Shown: positions 7,965-17,572 of the stretch, piece after piece
Position numbering within the stretch: the stretch's first letter is position 1
How the letters are laid out: each line of letters begins with the position of its first letter
Program-made: the position numbers and the translations under genes
Notes under the pieces: model-generated
The model's input: the letters and a program-made list of their open reading frames with translations, nothing else
What the model was told of the DNA's origin: nothing
The model's database searches: none
Source of the DNA: Burkholderiales bacterium
GTDB lineage: Bacteria; Pseudomonadota; Gammaproteobacteria; Burkholderiales; SHXO01
NCBI GenBank assembly: GCA_046160525.1
Contig: JBJXGQ010000406.1
Location: 1 to 51,195, forward strand
DNA length: 51,195 nucleotides
Direction: 5' to 3'

Positions 7965-10489
7965 TGCAGGTTGGTGCGAACCGTTGGCGAGAAATGGCTC
8001 TCGGTACCCGGCGCTTGCGAGTCTGCGAGTTCACGAGTGCCGGGTTGCGATGTTGCCACCGCTACCTTGTCCCCTTCCTTCAACGCCGTTTGCCCGTTCA
8101 CCACCACCAAGTCTCCCACGCCAATGCCCCCGGATTCGACCGCGATCCAACCCTCCGAGGCGCCAGAGTAAGTGACGGGCTCGACGCGCAATTCATTGGA
8201 ATTTCCGACGGCGAGTACCGTGCCCGTGCGCCCCGAGTAGCGCGTCAATGCGCGTTCAGGTAACGCGGCCGCCTTATATCGTTGCTCGAAAATCGCATAG
8301 CCGTTCATGCCCGGAAGCAGGCCTCCAGTGCGCACATGCTCGCTCGGAATGGACATCCACACCGAGAACGTGAATGGTGGCGGGTCGCCCGCGCGCCGCT
8401 GCTCGGCGCTTCGTACCGCGTGCGACACGCGAAGCACCTGCGCGGGGAATGGCTGTCCAGGCCGGGCCCGAAGATAAAACCTTCCCTGCGCTCCTTCGCG
8501 CAGCATGCCGGCATAGCGCTGGTCGATCTCGGCTCGAAAGACCATCTGGTCTCCAAGGACCATGAGCGGTTCTTTCAAGTTCACCAGATTCTCGCCCAAC
8601 TGAACGTTGCGCTCGATCACCGTACCTGCCATGGTGGCGGCAATGACCACACGCCGGTCTCGCACGGAAGTACCTGCCCAGGGCAGAGGCTCGCCGGTGA
8701 CCGTGGCGCTGCGCGAGCGCAGCGAATGCGCATACTCCTCAAATGCCAGCCGCGAGGCGATCTCGGCCCGCTGCATGCTGGCCGTGGCGCCGTCCAGGCG
8801 TGCCTTGCTGGTGAAGTTAGACTCGTAGAGTCTTTGCTCTCGCTCCAAGTCGAGATTGGCTTGTTTGCGCTCGGACTGGCTCAGCTGGCGCCGCAAGTCG
8901 AACATGCGGGTCGTATGTGCGCCTGGGCTGATGTACAGCAAAGGTCTGCCGCGTTGAATGCTCTCGCCTGCTTCCACCAGGATCTGCGTGACGATACCAG
9001 GTACCTCGCTGTGCACTGGAATCTCGTTCAGGTAGGCGGTCAAGCCCTCCGCCGCGATGACGCGTACCATGGTGCGTAGTTGCACGGTTTCGGCTTGCAC
9101 CTCGATGGGCCGGCCGAGCACTCGCATCACGGCAGGATAGCCCAATTTGCCGGCGAACGCGCGCGACTGGGGCGACCAATAGGCAGGCACGAAGACATAC
9201 AGTGCGACTAAGGCGCTCACAGCCACGGCGGCAATCAAGATCTTTCCTTGGATGCCACGCGCGCCAATTTTCGCAACGGGTTGCGCCCGAGAGCGCACGC
9301 GGGATTCCAGGTAGTTACCGATGGCATCGCGATAGATGCCGAGTAGCTCCGCATTAATGCGCTCCCAATTGAAATGTTCTTGTACGTGGTGCCACCCCGA
9401 TCGCGCCAGCTTGGCGGCGAGCGCATGATCTTGCAGCAGCTTCACCACTGCGGCGGCGAGAGCCGCCGGGTCCTTTTGCGGCACTAGCAAGCCGGTTCGT
9501 TCATGCTGGATTACGTCCGGGATGCCTCCGACTTCGGAGGCTACAACCGGCGTCATGAAACTCAAAGCCTCGATGAGCACCACTCCCAATCCTTCCGTAT
9601 CGCCGCGTTCATCGACGATGGCGGGTAGCACGAATACGTCGGCGCTCGTGTAATGTTGCTCGAGAACCGTGGCCGAAACGGCACCGTGGAAGGTGACTAT
9701 TTCGCTTAGGCCGAGCGCCGTCGCAAGTGCCATCCAATCGTCTGCCCGGTCACCATCTCCCACCACGTGCAGATGCACAGGCAGCTGCGCCGCGATGGCC
9801 GGCAGCGCGTGCAGCAGAACATCGAGCCCCTTGCGCGCCACGAGGCGGCCCGTGAACAAGATTTCCTTTACCGGCTTATGCGGATCCTTGTAGGATGGCC
9901 GCGCGTTCACGGTGCAGCCGAAGGGCAAGACCGTTACCGCGCGCGCGGTGAGCCGCGCCACCTCGCCGGCGGTGTACCGGGAATTGCAAATCACGGCGGC
10001 GGCATGGCGTAGAGCGGGCCTGAGGAACCACGTCACGAAGGGATACTTCTTTTGTAGCAGAAGTTCCGCGCCATGGAAGGTGAACACGACGGGCGCGCGC
10101 GTGAGCCAGCCCGCCATAAGCCCCCAAAGGCCGTGCGGAAAGGGCCAGTGGACGTGGATCAAATCGAAGCGTTGTTTGCGGCACAAGGCGATGGCATGCA
10201 CCAGTCCAAAGACAATGTAAAAGGCCGCGACCGCGAGATAGAGCGGGTTGCGCAGCCGGTTCGGCGCGCCTTGATTGTGGGTTAGATTTTCCCAGCGCCT
10301 TAAAAAGTAGCGAAAGCGATGGACTGTCACGCCATCTAGAACTTGGCTGCCCCCTCCTTCGTAGCTGGGAGCGAACACGTGTACATCCATGCCGCTCGCC
10401 TTTAATTGCCGCACGCTCTCCACCAAGAACGGGACATTGGTATCGCTCTCGGAGAGTTTGTAGCTCGATGTCATTACACAGATCTTCAT
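7961..10489 (-). CDS. GT4 glycosyltransferase fused to an RND/HlyD-type periplasmic adaptor (membrane fusion protein)
   Basis: aa 1-~390: DLIHVHW, FTGRLVARKG, EGLGVVLIEAL...PVVASEVGGIPDVI; one TM helix; then SEVPGIVTQILVEAGESI, coiled coil, GTVIERNVQLGE, LPGMNG and GDLVVVNGQ..LKEGDKV. Confidence 0.8.
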   Translation of the reverse strand: MKICVMTSSYKLSESDTNVPFLVESVRQLKASGMDVHVFAPSYEGGGSQVLDGVTVHRFRYFLRRWENLTHNQGAPNRLRNPLYLAVAAFYIVFGLVHAIALCRKQRFDLIHVHWPFPHGLWGLMAGWLTRAPVVFTFHGAELLLQKKYPFVTWFLRPALRHAAAVICNSRYTAGEVARLTARAVTVLPFGCTVNARPSYKDPHKPVKEILFTGRLVARKGLDVLLHALPAIAAQLPVHLHVVGDGDRADDWMALATALGLSEIVTFHGAVSATVLEQHYTSADVFVLPAIVDERGDTEGLGVVLIEALSFMTPVVASEVGGIPDVIQHERTGLLVPQKDPAALAAAVVKLLQDHALAAKLARSGWHHVQEHFNWERINAELLGIYRDAIGNYLESRVRSRAQPVAKIGARGIQGKILIAAVAVSALVALYVFVPAYWSPQSRAFAGKLGYPAVMRVLGRPIEVQAETVQLRTMVRVIAAEGLTAYLNEIPVHSEVPGIVTQILVEAGESIQRGRPLLYISPGAHTTRMFDLRRQLSQSERKQANLDLEREQRLYESNFTSKARLDGATASMQRAEIASRLAFEEYAHSLRSRSATVTGEPLPWAGTSVRDRRVVIAATMAGTVIERNVQLGENLVNLKEPLMVLGDQMVFRAEIDQRYAGMLREGAQGRFYLRARPGQPFPAQVLRVSHAVRSAEQRRAGDPPPFTFSVWMSIPSEHVRTGGLLPGMNGYAIFEQRYKAAALPERALTRYSGRTGTVLAVGNSNELRVEPVTYSGASEGWIAVESGGIGVGDLVVVNGQTALKEGDKVAVATSQPGTRELADSQAPGTESHFSPTVRTNLQ

Positions 10490-11511
10490 GCGGGTCTCCT
10501 TGCAAACGCGCTAGCCACGGGTTCCATCGCTGGGTAATCCGTGGCCCCGGCTGTCTCCATTTGGCGGTGATGCACCTGTTCCGCGATACTGTAAGAGGGT
10601 TCCTCGCGGGTCTGGTGAGAAGCCAGCATTTCCGCCAGGATTCCCATGGAGAACATTTGCGCTCCCAGAAGCATGAAACCGGTGGAATAAATCATCAGCG
10701 GCCGCTCGCTGAGTGGCAAGTAGGCAAGGGGATCGATCAAGCGCACCACCCATGTTAGCGACAGATAAGCAAGCACGCCCGTGCCGCTCAGCAGCATCAG
10801 CAGTCCGATACTTCCGAGCACATGCTGCGGGCGCTGCCCAAAGCCAGTCAGAAATTTGACCGTGAGCAGATCCAGGAAACCCTTCAACAGGCGGCTCATG
10901 CCGTACTTGGATTCGCCGAAGCGGCGCGCGCGGTGACGCACTTCCATTTCGCCCACGCGAAAGCCGCGCGCGGCCGCGAGCACGGGGATGAAGCGGTGGC
11001 GCTCGCCATACAGACGCACTTCGAGCAGCACGCTGGAGCGGTAAGCCTTCATGCCGCAGTTGTGATCGTGTAAAGCAACGCCCGTCACCCAACTGACCAT
11101 GCGATTGAATACGCGGCTGGGTAGCACTTTATGCCAGGGATCGTGGCGCTCGCGCTTCCACCCGCTGACTAAATCGAGGTCGTTGTGCAACTTGGCGAGC
11201 AAGGCGGGTATTTCCGCGGGGTCGTCTTGAAGATCGGCGTCCAGCGTGACGATCGTGTCGCCACGCGCCGTGGCGAATCCGGCGCTCAGCGCCGCAGCCT
11301 TGCCGAAGTTGCGGCGAAATCGAATGCCTTTAACGCGCGCATCGCTTCGTACCAGCGCGCGGATCGTCTTCCAGGAATCGTCCGTGCTGCCATCGTCGAC
11401 AAATACCGCTTCGAGGTCCAGGCGCGCGGCCGCCGCCACTTGCACGATTTCATCCCACAGGCGCGCGAGGCTGCGGGCTTCGTTATACACAGGAATTACG
11501 ATGGATATCAT
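10486..11511 (-). CDS. GT2 polyprenyl-phosphate sugar transferase (ArnC/DPM1/GtrB-like)
   Basis: ISIVIPVYNE, VDDGSTD, RRNFGKAAAL, TLDADLQDDP, GERHRFIP, two C-terminal TM helices; AAGGAG RBS before ATG 11511. Confidence 0.9.
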   Translation of the reverse strand: MISIVIPVYNEARSLARLWDEIVQVAAAARLDLEAVFVDDGSTDDSWKTIRALVRSDARVKGIRFRRNFGKAAALSAGFATARGDTIVTLDADLQDDPAEIPALLAKLHNDLDLVSGWKRERHDPWHKVLPSRVFNRMVSWVTGVALHDHNCGMKAYRSSVLLEVRLYGERHRFIPVLAAARGFRVGEMEVRHRARRFGESKYGMSRLLKGFLDLLTVKFLTGFGQRPQHVLGSIGLLMLLSGTGVLAYLSLTWVVRLIDPLAYLPLSERPLMIYSTGFMLLGAQMFSMGILAEMLASHQTREEPSYSIAEQVHHRQMETAGATDYPAMEPVASAFARRPA

Positions 11512-11579
11512 TGTGGTCTCCTTATCCCAATCAGCGAACCTTAGCGGTAAGTTTTGCGTGCGAACCGCCGTAGTCTTCA

Positions 11580-12094
11580 TGTTTCATGTTAGTAGGAGCG
11601 CTAAGTCCGGATCGATCCAACGAAAATGAATGCGAGAACAACGACGCCTGATGACGACTCATTGCAAGTTGTATTTCACATTTTCTATCGCGTGGGGATA
11701 TTTCAATTCCGTACTAAGACTGTATATACAATCAGTCAGCGATGGAGTATGGCGACGTATCTGTCGCTACAAAGAGAATGTCAAATCCACGGGTAATCCA
11801 GGCGCCGAACGAGAAAGCCGAGCGAATCGTGTCTCACGCAAGCGCCACTTATCGCCCCGCGATTCCTAAGGCCGTAAATTAAATGTAGCCAATAATGTTT
11901 TGTTTATAAGTGCATTGCAAAGTGGTGGCACCCTTGCTGCGATGCCCTCGGAAAGTGCGCATATTCGGAGGATTCTTCACATCTCCTCTAAGCGTATGCG
12001 CGGATGCCCTTGTTTCGGTCATGCCAACGCCGCCCAGGGGTGGATATGCCGGTTTCCGCAAGAGAGACCGGAAAAATAGAAGTGAGAGACCTAC
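11580..12094. promoter_or_regulatory. AT-richer divergent promoter region between the glycosylation operon and the TPR/phosphatase pair
   Basis: Visibly AT-rich, no credible ORF, flanked by divergent starts; exact promoter elements not resolved. Confidence 0.5.
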
Positions 12095-12991
12095 ATGACT
12101 TGTACTGAATTTCAGGCACGCCCCGCGCCCTCTGTCTCCATATCACGACATCCGAAGCCTGCATCGCTACCCTCGCTCGCCGGGCTAATCGTAGGCTTCA
12201 GCTTGTGTGCCGTGCAGCCAGCGTGGACGCATGGCGATTCGCACGAACGCATCGAGGCGTTGAGCGAACAACTGAAACAACAGCCCGAAAGCGCGCCCCT
12301 CTACCTACGCCGGGGCCAATTGCACCGGCAAGAAGGGCGCTGGGACGCGGCCTTGAAGGATTTCGAGCGCGCGATCGAACTGGACTCCGAGTTGGACGAG
12401 GCGGTTCTCATGCGCGGGCTCACATTGCTCGATGCGCGCAGCCCCACTGCGGCGATCGCCGCGTTAGATAGTTTCCTCGCCCGCTCACCCTCGCATCACG
12501 TGGCATTGCTAACGCGTGCTCGAGCATGGGCCAGTCTGGGCGCCGGGCATGCCGCGGCGAGCGATTTTTCGCGCGTATTGGCGCAGCGCCCGAGCGCGGA
12601 TCTATACGTGGAAAGAGCGCGTGCCCTGGCCAGCATGGGTGCGGGCTATATGGACGAAGCGTTGCGCGGTCTCGACGAGGGAATCGCCGCCCTAGGGCCC
12701 AATGTGGTGCTCATCGATGTCGCGGTGGAACTGGAACTCGCGCGCGGAGAACCTGAGAAGGCTTTGGAGCGCCTGGCGCAGCGCACAGGAGAGGCGGCAT
12801 CGCCCGAGAGCGAGATGCGCCGGGGAGAAATTCTGGAGCAAAACGGCCGGGTCGCGGAGGCGCTCGCCGCCTATAAGCAAGCCCGGCAGGCGCTGGCCAA
12901 ACGCGCGCTCGTGCGGCGCCATACGCGAGCCGCCAGCGAACTCGATAACCGCCTTCACGCCGCTTTCGAGCGTCTTGGCGTCCGCGACTGA
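12095..12991 (+). CDS. Exported TPR-repeat protein
   Basis: Signal-like LIVGFSLCAVQPAWT followed by HGDSHERI; TPRs such as LYLRRGQLHRQEGRWDAALKDFERAIELD; true start may lie downstream. Confidence 0.8.
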   Translation: MTCTEFQARPAPSVSISRHPKPASLPSLAGLIVGFSLCAVQPAWTHGDSHERIEALSEQLKQQPESAPLYLRRGQLHRQEGRWDAALKDFERAIELDSELDEAVLMRGLTLLDARSPTAAIAALDSFLARSPSHHVALLTRARAWASLGAGHAAASDFSRVLAQRPSADLYVERARALASMGAGYMDEALRGLDEGIAALGPNVVLIDVAVELELARGEPEKALERLAQRTGEAASPESEMRRGEILEQNGRVAEALAAYKQARQALAKRALVRRHTRAASELDNRLHAAFERLGVRD

Positions 12992-13000
12992 TATACAAGC

Positions 13001-16000
13001 ATGAATGGGAGACCGAACGTGGAATTGCATATGAAAAAAGAAGTGGTTCTTGAATCAGGATTGCCGGGCGCTTTGTGGCTGGCGCACGCGCTCTGCTGCG
13101 CGCTATTGCTCGCGATTTGCATGGTCATTGCGCCATCGAGTGCGCAAGCGCAAACGGTAGTGCGCGGCCCATACCTGCAATCGGCTACTCCCACGAGCAT
13201 CGTGGTGCGATGGCGCACCAGCGTGGCAACCGACAGCCGTGTTCGCTATGGCGCCTCCGCCACGAGCTTGACGGCGTCGGCGGGCAGCACCGTCTCGGCC
13301 ACCGAGCATGCCGTAACGCTAACGGGCTTGGCGCCCGCCACCAAGTATTTCTACTCCGTGGGGTCGTCCACCGCGAGTTTGGCCGGCGGCGACTCGACCC
13401 ACTTCTTCATCACGCCACCGTCCGTGGGCGCGGTCCAACCCACGCGTATCTGGGTCATCGGGGATGCCGGCGAGAACAGCACCGGCCAGCGCCAAGTACG
13501 CGACGCTTATCTCGCCCGCACCGGCGCCAACTACACCCATCTATGGCTCATGCTGGGCGACAATGCCTACGATAGCGGCACCGATGCCGAGTATCAGGCT
13601 GCGGTCTTCAATATCTATCCCACCTTGCTTCGGCAAAGCGTCGTGTGGCCCACCTTGGGAAACCACGATGGCGCAACCGCTAACTCGTCCACTCAGACCG
13701 GGCCCTATTACGACATCTTTACCCTGCCGAGAAATGGCGAGGCTGGCGGCGTTCCCTCCAATACCGAAGCCTATTACTCGTTCGACTATGCCAACATTCA
13801 TTTCGTGGTGCTGGATTCCTTCGAGACCAATCGCGCGAGCAATGGCGCGATGCTAAATTGGCTGCGCCAGGATCTGGCGGCCACCAGGCAAAAATGGATC
13901 ATCGCCTTCTGGCACCACCCGCCTTACTCCAAGGGCTCGCACGATTCGGACAGCGAGACGGAATTGGTGCAAATGCGCGCCAATGCGCTGCCAATCTTCG
14001 AGGACTTCGGCGTGGATCTGGTGCTCACCGGACACAGCCATGCCTACGAGCGTTCTTTTCAGATCGATGGTCATTACGGGAGTTCCAGTACCTTCAATCC
14101 GGCCACCATGCAGGTCAACGGTGGTGCCGGACCTTACGAGCGGGTCACCGACGGATCCGTTCCCGGCGCTCTGTACGCCGTGGCGGGGAGTTCGGGAAGC
14201 GTCAGCGGTTCCGGTAGTCTCAACCATCCCGTGATGTATACCTCGGTCCGGGAACTCGGTTCGATGGTGTTGGATATCAATGGTGACACGCTCGACGCCG
14301 TGTTCATAAACAACACTGGGACCGTGCGCGACAGTTTTCGAATGGTGAAGACGGTGGGTCTACCCAGCGTCACCGTTAGCGCGACCGATGCCACCGCTAC
14401 CGAAGCGGGGCTAACGACCGGAACCTATTCCGTAACGCGTACGGGCAGCACAACGGCGCCGCTCACCGTTACTTACAGCATGAGCGGATCGGCCACCCAG
14501 GGCAGCGACTACTCAGCCCTGACGGGCAGCGTGACCATACCGGCGGGGGCCGCGGCGGCGACGATCACGCTCGTACCGATTAACGACGCTTTATTGGAAC
14601 CCACCGAGACCGCTATCCTGACACTTTCCGCCAATGCCGCCTACCGCACCGGCACGCCGGGAAGCGCGACAATCACAATCGCAAGCGACGAGCAGCCACC
14701 TACCGTAAGCATCACCGCGAGCGACTCCTTGGCGACCGAGGCGGGTCCCACCACCGGAACCTTCACCGTCTCGCGCACCGGTGACGCTACGGCTCCGCTC
14801 ACCGCCTCCCTGACCGTAGGAGGTACTGCCACCAGCGGCAGCGACTACACCGCCTTACCGGCAAGTGTGACGATTCCGGCTGGCTCGGCGAGCGTATTGG
14901 TCACGGTCACGCCCGTCAATGACACATTAGTGGAGGCCGACGAGACCGTTGTACTCAGTTTGGCAAGTAGCGCGAACTACACGGTGGGGACGGCAAGCGC
15001 GACGATCACTATCGCAAGTGATGATGCCGCCCCGGCAAGCGTAAGCGTGGCCGCGACGGACGCCAGCGCCACCGAGGCCGGGCCCACTACCGGCACATTC
15101 ACCATCACACGAACCGGTGCCACTACCGCGGCGCTGGCTGTCAACTACACCATGAGCGGAACGGCCACGGCGGGAAGCGATTACCTGTCACTGAGTGGAA
15201 GCGTGACCATTCCGGCAGGCGCGGCGAGCGCCACGGTGACCATCACTCCGGTCAACGATACCCTGGTAGAGAGCAACGAGACGGTCGTACTCACCTTGGC
15301 GAATGCTTCCACCTATACGGTGGGAACCGCCAGCGCGACCGTCACCCTCACTAGTGACGACGTCGCACCTGCCACCGTGAACGTGACGGCAAGCGATGCT
15401 TCGGCCACTGAAGCAGGTCCAACCACGGGTACCTTCACCGTCTCGCGCACCGGTGACGCTACCGCTCCGCTCACCGCCTCCCTGGCCGTAGGAGGTACTG
15501 CCACCAGCGGCGGCGATTACACCGCTTTACCGGCCAGTGTGACGATTCCGGCTGGCGCGGCGAGCGTTGCGGTCACGGTCACGCCTGTCAACGACACATT
15601 GGTGGAGGGCGACGAGACCGTTGTACTCAGTTTGGCAAGTAGCGCGAACTACACGGTCGGGACGGCGAGCGCGACGGTCACTATAACAAGTGACGATATC
15701 GCCCCGGCCAGCGTAAGCGTGGCCGCGACAGACGCCAGCGCCACCGAGGCCGGGCCGACCACCGGTGCCTTTACCGTAACCCGAACCGGGGCCACGACCG
15801 CGGCGCTGTCCGTCAACTACACCATGAGCGGTACGGCCACGGCGGGAAGCGATTACCTGTCACCGAGTGGAAGCGTCACTATCCCAGCGGGCGCGGCGAG
15901 CGCCACGGTTACCATTACTCCGGTCAACGATACCCTGCTCGAATCGAATGAGACGGTAGTACTGACCTTGGCCGCGGGTGTGGCGTACAGCACCGGCAGT

Positions 16001-16876
16001 CCCGCCAGTGCCACCGTTACCATCACGAGTGACGAGGTCGCGCCTACGGTGAGTGTCGCTGCCGCCGACAGCTCCGCCGCGGAATCTCCGCTCGATACCG
16101 GTGTTTTCAGGATAGCGCGCACGGGCGCGACCACTTCGGCGCTGACGGTCGGATTCAGCATGAGTGGAACGGCCACGAACGGTGCCGACTACGTGAGTCT
16201 TCCGGCCAGCATTACGATCCCGGCTGGGTCAGCATCCGTGCAGGCAACCGTCACCCCCATTAACGACACGTTGATTGAAAGCGGCGAGACCGTGGTCTTG
16301 ACCCTTTTCACCGGCACCGGCTATGCGCTGGGCACTCCGGCAAGCGCCAGCGTGACGCTAACAAGCGAGGACGGTTCGATACCCACTCCGGCGAACCACA
16401 TCGTGAGCCGGGTGTTCGACAACAAGAACGGGAAGGCATATTGGACGGGCGGTCCCGATGGTTCGGAGCCGGCGGACGATTTGCGCTCCATGACCTTCGA
16501 TCCGCTCAAGATCGAGGTCGAGGCGGGCGCGACCTACTGGTGGGAAGCGGAATATCAAGACCCGGCCGCAACGGCAGTTCATCCAACCGTCGTTAAGGTC
16601 ATTATCGATAACCGCCCGGAAGAAGACTGGTCGGGAAGCTTCACGGCGGAAGCGCGTATCGGTACCACCTTGCTGGCTTCCGTCCAGTTGCCGGTCAATG
16701 GCAACAAGGATCCGGTCACAGGCAAGGGGACTCGAACGCGCTACGAGTGGGATCTCTCGGCGCTGGTGAAAACCCGGGAAGGTTTGGCGGGACTCAAGCT
16801 GCGACTGATCAACAACGCTCGTAACGGCAAGAAGGTTTGGGCGGTCTATTCGGTGACGCAAAGCAACTCCCAGTAA
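13001..16876 (+). CDS. Secreted purple-acid-phosphatase-type metallophosphoesterase with FN3-like N-domain, six Calx-beta repeats and an unassigned C-terminal domain
   Basis: Signal peptide ending SAQA; RGPYLQ start of the PAP N-domain; all five metal-ligand blocks GDAG, GDNAY, GNHD, FWHHP, GHSH; repeats T.SGTAT.GSDY...V.IPAG...ITPVND.L.E..ETVVLTL; start may be ATG 13031. Confidence 0.9.
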   Translation: MNGRPNVELHMKKEVVLESGLPGALWLAHALCCALLLAICMVIAPSSAQAQTVVRGPYLQSATPTSIVVRWRTSVATDSRVRYGASATSLTASAGSTVSATEHAVTLTGLAPATKYFYSVGSSTASLAGGDSTHFFITPPSVGAVQPTRIWVIGDAGENSTGQRQVRDAYLARTGANYTHLWLMLGDNAYDSGTDAEYQAAVFNIYPTLLRQSVVWPTLGNHDGATANSSTQTGPYYDIFTLPRNGEAGGVPSNTEAYYSFDYANIHFVVLDSFETNRASNGAMLNWLRQDLAATRQKWIIAFWHHPPYSKGSHDSDSETELVQMRANALPIFEDFGVDLVLTGHSHAYERSFQIDGHYGSSSTFNPATMQVNGGAGPYERVTDGSVPGALYAVAGSSGSVSGSGSLNHPVMYTSVRELGSMVLDINGDTLDAVFINNTGTVRDSFRMVKTVGLPSVTVSATDATATEAGLTTGTYSVTRTGSTTAPLTVTYSMSGSATQGSDYSALTGSVTIPAGAAAATITLVPINDALLEPTETAILTLSANAAYRTGTPGSATITIASDEQPPTVSITASDSLATEAGPTTGTFTVSRTGDATAPLTASLTVGGTATSGSDYTALPASVTIPAGSASVLVTVTPVNDTLVEADETVVLSLASSANYTVGTASATITIASDDAAPASVSVAATDASATEAGPTTGTFTITRTGATTAALAVNYTMSGTATAGSDYLSLSGSVTIPAGAASATVTITPVNDTLVESNETVVLTLANASTYTVGTASATVTLTSDDVAPATVNVTASDASATEAGPTTGTFTVSRTGDATAPLTASLAVGGTATSGGDYTALPASVTIPAGAASVAVTVTPVNDTLVEGDETVVLSLASSANYTVGTASATVTITSDDIAPASVSVAATDASATEAGPTTGAFTVTRTGATTAALSVNYTMSGTATAGSDYLSPSGSVTIPAGAASATVTITPVNDTLLESNETVVLTLAAGVAYSTGSPASATVTITSDEVAPTVSVAAADSSAAESPLDTGVFRIARTGATTSALTVGFSMSGTATNGADYVSLPASITIPAGSASVQATVTPINDTLIESGETVVLTLFTGTGYALGTPASASVTLTSEDGSIPTPANHIVSRVFDNKNGKAYWTGGPDGSEPADDLRSMTFDPLKIEVEAGATYWWEAEYQDPAATAVHPTVVKVIIDNRPEEDWSGSFTAEARIGTTLLASVQLPVNGNKDPVTGKGTRTRYEWDLSALVKTREGLAGLKLRLINNARNGKKVWAVYSVTQSNSQ
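14360..16372 (+). repeat. Six tandem ~112-aa Calx-beta coding repeats; units 2-3 and 4-5 form a 672-nt duplication
   Basis: CTTCACCGTCTCGCGCACCGGTGACGCTAC occurs at 14761 and 15433, and GAGACCGTTGTACTCAGTTTGGCAAGTAGCGCGAACTACACGG recurs at the same offset. Confidence 0.9.
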
Positions 16877-16897
16877 CAAGGAGCGGCGCTAAATTAT

Positions 16898-16925
16898 GCA
16901 AGGGCCGCCCATGCGCGGCCCTTGC
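16898..16925. terminator. Hairpin between convergent genes, likely bidirectional terminator
   Basis: GCAAGGGCCGC-ccatgc-GCGGCCCTTGC, perfect 11-bp stem; AT-rich run follows on the minus strand. Confidence 0.65.
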
Positions 16926-16940
16926 TCGCGGTGATGGAAT

Positions 16941-17564
16941 TCATCTTTGTTCTTCTGCGTACACGATCACCGATAGCATGTGAATCGGCGTTTGAACCAG
17001 GCGCTCTGGGCCGTGCGGAACGTCGCCACGGAAGGATAGGGAATCTCCGGGTGCGAGCATGTAGGTCTGGCGGCCGTGGCGGTACTCGATCTTTCCTTTC
17101 AGGATGTAGATGAACTCGGTGCCGGGATGCTCGAAGCTCGGGAACACTTCGCTCGCATCGTCCATGGTGATGAGGAAGGGCTCGAAGCTTTTTCGCGGAC
17201 CTTTGTCGTAGGCAAGCAAGTGATAGGTGTGGCCGCGCTTGGTGCCGCGGCGCACGACTTCCATGCCTTGGTTGGCCTTGACCAATTGCGCTCCGCCCGC
17301 AGGGGCATCGAAATCGCGAAACAGCTGCGACAGCGATACGCCGAGCGCGCCGGCGATACGCGTCAGAGTGTCGAGACTGGTGGCCGCTTGCCCGTTCTCG
17401 ATCTTGGACAGCATGCCGCTGCTGATACCGGCCTGCGAGGCGACGTCGGCCAGCGTGAGATCGTTCTTGCGCCGCAACTCCCTGACGGTGTGGCCGATGT
17501 AACGGTCGAGGGAACGGCTTGTGTCCTCGGCGGGAGCTGTGGGGGGCTTGGGAAGTTTTTTCAA
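16941..17564 (-). CDS. XRE-family HTH regulator with C-terminal cupin domain, probable regulator of the NMG cluster
   Basis: IGHTVRELRR..LTLADVA...GISSGMLSKIENG; HPGTEFIYIL.G...LAPGDSLSF....PHGP; TTG start 8 nt after the gmaS stop. Confidence 0.85.
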   Translation of the reverse strand: MKKLPKPPTAPAEDTSRSLDRYIGHTVRELRRKNDLTLADVASQAGISSGMLSKIENGQAATSLDTLTRIAGALGVSLSQLFRDFDAPAGGAQLVKANQGMEVVRRGTKRGHTYHLLAYDKGPRKSFEPFLITMDDASEVFPSFEHPGTEFIYILKGKIEYRHGRQTYMLAPGDSLSFRGDVPHGPERLVQTPIHMLSVIVYAEEQR

Positions 17565-17572
17565 AGCGAAGC

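Noticed and set aside
11630-12098. Short ORFs in the AT-rich divergent gap
   Set aside because: No clear RBS or motifs and atypical composition; treated as promoter DNA
14360-16372. Repeats considered as a CRISPR array or mobile element
   Set aside because: In-frame protein domain repeats of about 336 nt with no spacer structure and no cas or transposase gene
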